Assembly (NCBI GenBank): GCA_964247715.1
Contig: CAXTVJ010000005.1
Coordinates: 42,819-106,818, forward strand
Direction: 5' to 3'
DNA: 64,000 bases
Source: an uncultured Acidobacteriaceae bacterium
Lineage (GTDB): Bacteria; Acidobacteriota; Terriglobia; Terriglobales; Acidobacteriaceae
In this document: positions 42,250-49,840 of the stretch, in pieces
Layout: every line of letters begins with the position of its first letter
Numbering within the stretch: the stretch's first letter is position 1
Made by a program: the position numbers and the translations under genes
Notes under the pieces: model-generated
The model's input: only the letters and a program-made list of their open reading frames with translations
Database searches by the model: none
Told to the model about the DNA's origin: nothing

Positions 42250-43368
42250 ATGAAGACCCCCACCTTGATTCCTCCGGACCGCCGTCGGAGATCCCTGGCT
42301 GCGGCCAGGAAGGCCGGCGCGGACACACTGCTGCTGACGCATCTTCCGGATGTGCGCTATCTCTGCGGATTTACCGGCTCGAGCGCCGCGCTGGTCGTGC
42401 GAGCGGGCCGCGGCGGTATGGTGATGTTTACCGATGGCCGCTACACCACGCAGGCCGCGCAGGAGGTGGATGGCGCGCGGGTCGTGATCAGCGACCAACC
42501 CGCCATGCTCGCCGCGCTCGAGTTCCTCATCGGGGAAGGCACGGCAACCTGCGCCTTCGACGCGCTGCACACCACGGTCGACGTGCTGGAACGCATGCGT
42601 TCCGCACTGCCGCCACGGCTGCGCAAGAGCTTCCTCGTTCCCACGCACGGCCTGGTCGCCGGGCTGCGCGAGATCAAGGACGAGGTCGAGCAGGACCGCA
42701 TGCGCGAGGCTGCTGCTTTCGGCTGTCGGCTCTTCGACCAGCTGCTCGAGGAGATCCACCCCGGCGCCACGGAGATGGAGGTTGCGCTTGCGCTCGAGTT
42801 CATGGCGCGTCTTGCCGGAGCCGAGCGTATGTCGTTCGAGACCATCGTCGCCGGCGGCGAACGCAGCGCGCTCCCGCATGGACGCGCGACCACGGCGAAG
42901 CTTCCGCGCCGCGGCTTCGTGCTGATCGACTTCGGCGTGGTGCTCGACGGCTACTGCTCCGACATGACGCGTACCGTGCACCTTGGCAAGCCGAAGGGGG
43001 ACGAGTTCGCGGTCTATGAGATCGTCGCGGCCGCCCAGCAGGCTGGGCTGGGCGCCATTCGCGCCGGCGTCACCGGAGCCGAGATCGACGCTGCCGCGCG
43101 CGCGGTGGTCGAGGAGGCCGGATATGGCGAGTACTTCAACCACTCCTCCGGGCACGGCGTCGGGATCGAGATCCATGAGAGCCCGCGTCTGGGCAAGCCG
43201 CGCGACGGGATCGAAGAACCGAAGCTGAAAGCCGGAATGATCGTTACAATGGAACCCGGCATCTATCTGCCCGGCCGGTTCGGCGTGCGGATTGAAGACA
43301 CGGTTCTGGTGACTGCCGGCGGATGCGAGATGCTCACGCCGACGACCAAAGCCTGGATGGAACTGTAG
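42250..43368 (+). CDS. Xaa-Pro aminopeptidase (M24 family)
   Basis: YLCGFTGS, DGRY, YCSDMTRT, HSSGHGVG.EIHE, EPGIY, GVRIED. Confidence 0.93.
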   Translation: MKTPTLIPPDRRRRSLAAARKAGADTLLLTHLPDVRYLCGFTGSSAALVVRAGRGGMVMFTDGRYTTQAAQEVDGARVVISDQPAMLAALEFLIGEGTATCAFDALHTTVDVLERMRSALPPRLRKSFLVPTHGLVAGLREIKDEVEQDRMREAAAFGCRLFDQLLEEIHPGATEMEVALALEFMARLAGAERMSFETIVAGGERSALPHGRATTAKLPRRGFVLIDFGVVLDGYCSDMTRTVHLGKPKGDEFAVYEIVAAAQQAGLGAIRAGVTGAEIDAAARAVVEEAGYGEYFNHSSGHGVGIEIHESPRLGKPRDGIEEPKLKAGMIVTMEPGIYLPGRFGVRIEDTVLVTAGGCEMLTPTTKAWMEL

Positions 43369-43382
43369 CCGGAACTGTAGCC
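43359..43382 (+). repeat. 12-bp tandem duplication of the peptidase gene 3' end
   Basis: GGAACTGTAGCC twice, including the TAG stop. Confidence 0.8.
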
Positions 43383-43472
43383 TGTGCGATGGCTTGAGCG
43401 ACACGCTCGGCAGCCACGAAGAGGCTCAGAGATTTTGAGTGCGTGCCCTTGCGGCAGAGCACGGGAAGAGAC

Positions 43473-43994
43473 ATGATGGACCCGAAAGAACTGCAGGAAC
43501 TCCGTGAACTGATTGAGTTCCTCAAGGCGAACGAGATCGCCGAGTTCGATCTCGAAAAGGATGACCTGAAGGTGCGCCTCAAGTTTATGGGCGCGGTCAG
43601 GGCCGAAGCCGCACCCGCCGCCGCGCCTGGGCTCGACATGGCGCAGTTCGCCCGGCTCATGAGCTCCGCGCCGGCAGGACAGCCGTCGATGCCTGCCGCG
43701 GCGTCCGCATCGCCGGTCAACGAGCCGCCCGTCGCGGCTCCGCCAGCCGATAAACTGCACACCGTAAAGTCGCCCATGGTGGGTACGTTCTATGAGTCAC
43801 CGTCGCCTGGGTCGCCACCCTTCGTCAAGATCGGCGACGTGGTCGAGGTCGGGCAGACGCTCTGCATCGTGGAGGCCATGAAGCTGATGAACGAGATCGA
43901 GTCGGATGCCGCCGGCGAAGTCGTCGAGCGCATCTCGTCCGGCGGCCAGCCCGTCGAATATGGTCAGCCGCTCTTCACCATTCGGCCGCGATAA
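43473..43994 (+). CDS. accB: Acetyl-CoA carboxylase biotin carboxyl carrier protein
   Basis: SPMVGTFY, IVEAMKLMNEI, VEYGQPLF. Confidence 0.97.
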   Translation: MMDPKELQELRELIEFLKANEIAEFDLEKDDLKVRLKFMGAVRAEAAPAAAPGLDMAQFARLMSSAPAGQPSMPAAASASPVNEPPVAAPPADKLHTVKSPMVGTFYESPSPGSPPFVKIGDVVEVGQTLCIVEAMKLMNEIESDAAGEVVERISSGGQPVEYGQPLFTIRPR

Positions 43995-44127
43995 GCGAGG
44001 CTTGATTGAGATTAACCGGAGTGAGCGAGATAACGGAATGCTTCAATCCCGTTCCAGTTCTATCCGCCTTCATCCTGTCTTGATCGTTTTATCCGCGTTA
44101 CGCCTTGCTTTCAGTTTGTGAGGACAG

Positions 44128-45489
44128 ATGTTTCGTAAGGTCTTGATCGCCAATCGGGGAGAGATCGCGTTGCGCGTCATCTCCGCCTGCAAGGAGCTCG
44201 GCATCCGCACCGTCGCGGTGTACAGCGAGGCCGACCGCAACTCACTGCATGTGCGCTTTGCCGATGAGGCCATCTGCATCGGGCCTCCGCGCTCGGCAGA
44301 GAGCTACCTCAACGTGCCCGCCGTCATCTCCGCCGCCGAAATCGCCGACGTGGACGCCATCCATCCCGGCTACGGCCTGCTCAGCGAGAACGCCAACTTC
44401 GCCGAGGTCTGCCGCGCCTCCAACATCAAGTTTATCGGGCCGCCGCCTGAGATCACGCGCATGATGGGTGAGAAGTCGACTGCGCGCCAGACCATGAAAA
44501 AGGCTAAAGTTCCCATCCTGCCCGGCTCGGATGGAGTGATCGCGAGCGAAGGCGAGGCGCTGGAGTGGGCGGAAACTGTAGGCTATCCGGTCATCCTGAA
44601 GGCGGTCGCCGGCGGCGGCGGGCGCGGCATGCGCATCGTGCGCTCGGCACACGAACTGCCTTTCATGTTCCAGCAGGCCTCGCAGGAGGCCGCGAACGCC
44701 TTCGGCAACGGCGATATGTACATGGAGAAGTTCATCGAGCGTCCGCGCCACATCGAGTTTCAGGTGCTTGCCGACGAGCATGGCAGCGTGATGTCGCTCG
44801 GGGAGCGCGAGTGCTCCATCCAGCGCCGCCATCAGAAGCTGATCGAAGAGGCGCCGTCTCTGCAGGTCACGCCCAAATTGCGCGCCGAGCTCGGTAAGAC
44901 CATCGAGCGGTCGCTGAAGGATATCGGTTATTGGAACGCCGGCACCATCGAGTTCCTCATGGACGAGGACGGCAAAATCTACTTTATCGAGATGAACACC
45001 CGCATCCAGGTGGAGCACTGCGTCACCGAGATGGTCACCGGGGTCGACTTGGTAAAGGCGCAGCTGCGTATCGCCGCCGGTGAGAAGCTGAGCGACCTCG
45101 TGCCGCGCGTCCCCGAGATCCGCGGCCACGCCATCGAGTGCCGCATCAACGCTGAGCACCCGGAGAAGTTCACGCCCTCCGCCGGCAAGATCACCGCCTT
45201 CAACGTGCCTGGCGGCAACGGCGTTCGCGTGGACACCGCCCAGTACTCCGAGGGCGTCGTGCCCCCGTACTACGATTCGATGATCGCCAAGCTGATCTGC
45301 TTCGGCAAAGACCGCGAGGAGGCGATCGCTCGTACTGAACGCGCGCTCTCGCAGTTCGTCATCGAAGGCATCCACACCACCATCCCGCTGCACCGGAAAA
45401 TTTTTCAGGATCCCGAGTTTCGCGCCGGTCAGTTCGACACCAAGTTTATGGAGCGGTTCTTCGAGCGCCAGGAGAAGCCACAGGTCTGA
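44128..45489 (+). CDS. accC: Biotin carboxylase
   Basis: [45 protein letters not shown]. Confidence 0.97.
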   Translation: MFRKVLIANRGEIALRVISACKELGIRTVAVYSEADRNSLHVRFADEAICIGPPRSAESYLNVPAVISAAEIADVDAIHPGYGLLSENANFAEVCRASNIKFIGPPPEITRMMGEKSTARQTMKKAKVPILPGSDGVIASEGEALEWAETVGYPVILKAVAGGGGRGMRIVRSAHELPFMFQQASQEAANAFGNGDMYMEKFIERPRHIEFQVLADEHGSVMSLGERECSIQRRHQKLIEEAPSLQVTPKLRAELGKTIERSLKDIGYWNAGTIEFLMDEDGKIYFIEMNTRIQVEHCVTEMVTGVDLVKAQLRIAAGEKLSDLVPRVPEIRGHAIECRINAEHPEKFTPSAGKITAFNVPGGNGVRVDTAQYSEGVVPPYYDSMIAKLICFGKDREEAIARTERALSQFVIEGIHTTIPLHRKIFQDPEFRAGQFDTKFMERFFERQEKPQV

Positions 45490-45569
45490 GGGTCATTTCA
45501 CCTGGCCGGGCTGACTGGACCGAATCGTCGAGATCACGTGTGTCTGCTCGAAGTTGCGATTCTCCGCAC

Positions 45570-45833
45570 TCAGCGTAATTCGCGCCGCAGGAAGAACAGG
45601 ACGTTGAGGTGGAACTCCGTGCCGAAGCTGACTGGAAACCACACCGGCTGCTGAGCCGGCACGGCCTGCGGGGCGAAGATTACGGTGAAACCAGGGCCGG
45701 GTACGCTGGTGCCCAGCAGCGTACGCACCGCGAACGCAGCGACCCTGGCCATCATGGCGGCGGCATCCGTCTCCCGGGCTGCACCCGACTCCCACGCAAG
45801 CGACATGACCAGTAAGAGCGACTCAACGCGCAT
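45570..45833 (-). CDS. Small hypothetical protein (87 aa), putative ECF-regulated
   Basis: Fills the accC-thiE gap; ATG lies 6 nt after a GGAACT-N16-CGTACC motif; no recognisable family. Confidence 0.45.
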   Translation of the reverse strand: MRVESLLLVMSLAWESGAARETDAAAMMARVAAFAVRTLLGTSVPGPGFTVIFAPQAVPAQQPVWFPVSFGTEFHLNVLFFLRRELR

Positions 45834-45839
45834 GGACCC

Positions 45840-45867
45840 GGTACGAAGGACGCGTTGTACAAGTTCC
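45840..45867 (-). promoter_or_regulatory. Putative ECF promoter GGAACT-N16-CGTA
   Basis: Minus strand GGAACT tgtacaacgcgtcctt CGTACC. Confidence 0.6.
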
Positions 45868-45916
45868 CCGCAGGCGATCAGACCGCCGGATAAGATGAGA
45901 TCGCTACACTTGGTCA

Positions 45917-46561
45917 ATGGACGCGATCGCCGGGCTCTATACCATTGCCGATATTGAAACGATGCGGCGGCACGGCGTCGACCTTCCTGCATTCGCGGAG
46001 GATTTGCGGGCAGCCGAGGCCGGCACCGTCCAGCTTCGGTATAAATCCGGCTCGCCACGCGAGATCCTCGAGGCCGCCGCCGTTCTGCGCAAGGTCTTCT
46101 CCGGGACGGACACGCTTCTCATCCTGAACGACCGGCTCGACCTCGCGTTGCTGGCCGGCTTTGGAGGCGTCCACGTGGGCCAGGATGATCTCGCGCCCTC
46201 TGATCTCCAGCTTGCCCTCGTCAGGGGTGGACACACGCCGCCGTTTGTCGTCGGGCTCTCCACCCACACCGACGAACAGCTTCGCCGTGCCGACACCAGC
46301 GACGCCGACTACCTGGCCATCGGTCCGGTTTTTACTACCGGGACCAAGGCCGACGCCGCCCCGGTCGTGGGACTCGATGGCGTTCGCCGCGCCCGCGCGT
46401 TGACGCGGAAGCCGCTGGTCGCCATCGGCGGGATCACCGCGGAAAATGCGGCAGCGGTGCGCGCCGCCGGAGCCGATGCAGTCGCCATCATCTCCGGGCT
46501 GTTCGTTCCCGGCCAGACCGTCGAGCAGACGGCACGCGACTTTCTCGCCGTTTTCCGGTAG
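45917..46561 (+). CDS. thiE: Thiamine-phosphate synthase
   Basis: VQLRYK, LILNDR, GVHVGQDD, GLSTH, GPVFTTGTK, VAIGGI. Confidence 0.93.
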   Translation: MDAIAGLYTIADIETMRRHGVDLPAFAEDLRAAEAGTVQLRYKSGSPREILEAAAVLRKVFSGTDTLLILNDRLDLALLAGFGGVHVGQDDLAPSDLQLALVRGGHTPPFVVGLSTHTDEQLRRADTSDADYLAIGPVFTTGTKADAAPVVGLDGVRRARALTRKPLVAIGGITAENAAAVRAAGADAVAIISGLFVPGQTVEQTARDFLAVFR

Positions 46562-46573
46562 AACAGACGAAAC

Positions 46574-48139
46574 GTGAACACAACGTCAAAGATCTCCCCT
46601 GCAGCCGCGTCCGTGACCTCGCCCGTCCTGGCAGGGGACGCCACTGGCGACTCAGCACCGCATCTGGTGCAAGGCCTGGGACTGTTTTCCGCGACCGCCA
46701 TCGTCATGGGGTCGATGATCGGGTCCGGTATCTTCATCGTCTCGGCCGATATGAGTCGGACCCTCGGCTCCCCTGCGCTGCTGATCAGCGCGTGGCTGCT
46801 GACCGCGGTGATGACTGTCATCGGCGCGCTCAGCTATGGCGAGCTCGCCGCCATGATGCCTAAAGCTGGCGGCCAGTACGTCTACCTGCGCGAGTCGCTC
46901 GGACCGATCTGGGGATTTCTCTACGGCTGGACGCTCTTTCTTGTCATCCAGACCGGCACCATCGCGGCGGTCGGCGTTGCCTTCGGCAAGTTCCTCGGTG
47001 TCTTCTTCCCGTCCATCAGTGCCGGCCACTGGCTGGTTCATGTCGGCAGCGGCAACATCGGCCTGAACACCGCCAATCTGGCCGCCATTCTCATCGTGAC
47101 GCTGCTCACGCTGCTCAATACGTTTGGCGTGAAGCTCGGCGCGGCGGTCCAGAACGTCTTCACCTCGGCCAAGGTGTTCGCGCTGCTGGCCGTTGTAGTT
47201 GTCGGCCTGGTAGCCAAGAACGCGACCGCCATGTCCGCGAACTTCGGAGCGCATTGGCATGCCTTCTTCGAAAATGCCGGCCTGCACACACTGCATGCCG
47301 TTCAGGTCGGAGTCGGCGGACCGACCGTCTTCGCGGGCGCGCTTACGGTCGTCGCGGTTGTGCAGGTCGGCTCGCTCTTCTCGTCGGACGCCTGGAACAA
47401 TGTCACCTTCACTGCGGGAGAGATCAAGAACCCACGCCGTAACCTGCCGCTTTCGCTTGCGATCGGCACGGGCGTGGTGCTCCTCCTCTATATTCTCTGC
47501 AACTTCGTCTACCTCAGCGTGCTTCCGCTCGCGGGCGACCCGGCCGCCTCCACCGTGATCGGCCGCGGTATCTCCGGAGCCGCGCAGGATCGCGTCGCCA
47601 CCGCTGTGATGGAGGCGGCCTTCGGTCCCATTGGCGCGAAGCTGATGGCCGGCGCCATCCTCATCTCTACCTTCGGCTGCGTCAATGGCATGCTGCTCGC
47701 CGGGGCGCGCGTTTACTACGCCATGAGCCTCGACGGCCTCTTCTTCCGGTCGGTCGGCAAGCTCAGTCCAAAGAGCGGCGTGCCGGTCAACTCGCTGTGG
47801 TTGCAGTGGGCCTGGACCTGCCTGCTCTGCCTCAGCGGGAGCTACGGACAGCTCCTCGATTATGTGATTTTCGCGGTGCTGATCTTCTACATTCTCACGA
47901 TCGTCGGGCTGTTTGTGCTGCGGCGCACCCGACCGGATGCGCCCCGTCCGTACAGGGCATTCGGCTATCCCGTGCTGCCCGCCGTCTATATCGTGCTGGC
48001 GGCGTGGATCTCTGTTGTACTCTTGCGTTACAAACCGCAATACACATGGCCCGGACTCATCCTGGTGTTGCTGGGAGTTCCGGTATATCTGCTGTGGAAG
48101 CGGCAGAGCCGCGGCGCAATTTTATCGACAGCACTCTGA
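46574..48139 (+). CDS. APC-family amino acid permease (LAT/SteT-like)
   Basis: GSMIGSGIF, YGELAAMMPKAGGQYVY, GEIKNPRRNLP, RPYRAFGYP. Confidence 0.92.
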   Translation: MNTTSKISPAAASVTSPVLAGDATGDSAPHLVQGLGLFSATAIVMGSMIGSGIFIVSADMSRTLGSPALLISAWLLTAVMTVIGALSYGELAAMMPKAGGQYVYLRESLGPIWGFLYGWTLFLVIQTGTIAAVGVAFGKFLGVFFPSISAGHWLVHVGSGNIGLNTANLAAILIVTLLTLLNTFGVKLGAAVQNVFTSAKVFALLAVVVVGLVAKNATAMSANFGAHWHAFFENAGLHTLHAVQVGVGGPTVFAGALTVVAVVQVGSLFSSDAWNNVTFTAGEIKNPRRNLPLSLAIGTGVVLLLYILCNFVYLSVLPLAGDPAASTVIGRGISGAAQDRVATAVMEAAFGPIGAKLMAGAILISTFGCVNGMLLAGARVYYAMSLDGLFFRSVGKLSPKSGVPVNSLWLQWAWTCLLCLSGSYGQLLDYVIFAVLIFYILTIVGLFVLRRTRPDAPRPYRAFGYPVLPAVYIVLAAWISVVLLRYKPQYTWPGLILVLLGVPVYLLWKRQSRGAILSTAL

Positions 48140-48155
48140 GGAGACTCGACAACGA

Positions 48156-49760
48156 ATGCCCAATCTCTTTGCAATCAAGTCCATGGACGTGCTGCTCGCT
48201 GAGTCGCGCGCTACCGGGGAAGGCACGCTCGAGCGTACGCTGGGCCCGTTCCAGCTGACCGCTCTGGGCATCGGTGCCGTTATCGGAGCGGGCATCTTCG
48301 TCATGGCGGGCCTGGGCGCGCACTACGCCGGCCCCGGCCTGATGCTGTCGTTCGTGCTGGGCGGCCTCGGCTGCGCCTTCGCCGGCCTCTGCTATGCGGA
48401 GTTCGCCGCGATGATTCCGCTCGCCGGTTCCGCTTACACCTACGCGTACGCTACGCTGGGCGAACTCATCGCCTGGATCATCGGCTGGGACCTCACGCTT
48501 GAATACGCGATGGGCGCCAGCACCGTGTCCTCCGGCTGGTCGAATCACTTCATCGAGCTCATGCAGGTCTTCCACATCGACTTTCCGCTGTGGCTCGCAT
48601 ACGACCATTGGACTGCGGTGGGCGTAGCGATCGACAATATCTGCCGTCAGATCATGGCGGCCAGCTACTCGTCGCTCGCGCCGGGATCGCAGGAGTACAT
48701 CACCCAGCTCGGCGCGCTCAAAGCGGCTCCCACGGCGGACGTCCTCGCCCGCGCTCACGCCCTGCTGCACGCGCCGGTGCTCTTCGGTCACGAGATCGGC
48801 TTCAACCTGCCTGCGCTGATTATCGCGCTTCTCGTCACCAGCGTGCTGGCCATCGGCATCAAGGAGTCGGCCACCTTCAACTCTTTCATCGTCGTGCTCA
48901 AGGTGGCGGTGGTCCTCTTCGTCATCGGACTCGGTTCCATGTACGTTCATCCTGCCAACTGGGGCCACTCCTGGCATCAGTTCGCCCCGATGGGCATCAG
49001 CGGGATCGGCCAGGGCGCGGCCTATATCTTTTTCGCCTACATCGGCTTCGATGCCGTGTCCACCACGGCGCAGGAGGCGAAGAACCCGCAGCGCGATCTG
49101 CCCATCGGCATCATCGTCTCGCTCGTCATCTGCACCGTGCTCTACATTGGGATCGCCGCCGTGCTGACCGGTATGGTGCCGTGGCAGCAGGTCAGCATCG
49201 AGGCACCGATCGCGCAGGCGTTCCTCGACCGCAACCTTCCGTGGGCCAGCAATATCGTCACCGCCGGGGCGCTCGCCGGTCTTACCAGCGTCATGCTCGT
49301 GATGCTCCTCGGCCAGACTCGCGTTCTTTACGCCATGGCCAATGACGGCTTGCTGCCGAAGAAGTTCTTCGCCGAGATCCATCCGAAGTTCCGCACGCCT
49401 TTCAAGAACACCTTCCTCGTCGGCTCCATTGCAGCCATCGTCGGCGCGCTCACCCCGATCGATGACATCGGCAAGATGGTGAACATCGGCACCCTGCTAG
49501 CCTTCATCATCGTTTGCGTCTCCATCATCGTCCTGCGCCGCACCAACCCGGACAGACCGCGACCGTTCCGCACTCCGTGGGTGCCGCTGGTGCCCGCGCT
49601 CGGCGTGCTCTTCAACGGCTACCTGATGTACAAACTCGGCTGGGTCAACTGGGCGCGGCTGATCGTCTGGCTGATCATCGGCCTTGTCGTCTACTTCAGC
49701 TACGGGCAGAAGAACAGCCGTGTGCAGCGAGGGCTGCTCCCCGGCGAACTCGATCGATAA
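48156..49760 (+). CDS. APC-family amino acid permease (cationic, YfnA-like)
   Basis: GAVIGAGIF, CYAEFAAMIP.AGSAYTY, FFAYIGFD, EAKNPQRDLP. Confidence 0.92.
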   Translation: MPNLFAIKSMDVLLAESRATGEGTLERTLGPFQLTALGIGAVIGAGIFVMAGLGAHYAGPGLMLSFVLGGLGCAFAGLCYAEFAAMIPLAGSAYTYAYATLGELIAWIIGWDLTLEYAMGASTVSSGWSNHFIELMQVFHIDFPLWLAYDHWTAVGVAIDNICRQIMAASYSSLAPGSQEYITQLGALKAAPTADVLARAHALLHAPVLFGHEIGFNLPALIIALLVTSVLAIGIKESATFNSFIVVLKVAVVLFVIGLGSMYVHPANWGHSWHQFAPMGISGIGQGAAYIFFAYIGFDAVSTTAQEAKNPQRDLPIGIIVSLVICTVLYIGIAAVLTGMVPWQQVSIEAPIAQAFLDRNLPWASNIVTAGALAGLTSVMLVMLLGQTRVLYAMANDGLLPKKFFAEIHPKFRTPFKNTFLVGSIAAIVGALTPIDDIGKMVNIGTLLAFIIVCVSIIVLRRTNPDRPRPFRTPWVPLVPALGVLFNGYLMYKLGWVNWARLIVWLIIGLVVYFSYGQKNSRVQRGLLPGELDR

Positions 49761-49779
49761 GCAACCGGGAATGAAAAGT

Positions 49780-49807
49780 GGAGGGCGGCTCAACGGAGCC
49801 GCCCTCC
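49780..49807. terminator. Likely bidirectional terminator between convergent genes
   Basis: GGAGGGCGGCTC-aacg-GAGCCGCCCTCC, 12-bp stem. Confidence 0.7.
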
Positions 49808-49840
49808 TGCCTGCAATACACCGTGCGCCGGTCAGGCTTG

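Noticed and set aside
42157-43404. 727-aa extended metallophosphoesterase in the ORF track
   Set aside because: The extension is the antisense shadow of the M24 peptidase; the real start is at 42156 (Tat-like motif, -10 box).
45490-45916. TPP riboswitch upstream of thiE
   Set aside because: No CTGAGA...CCTGA...GGGA core was found, and thiE appears leaderless.
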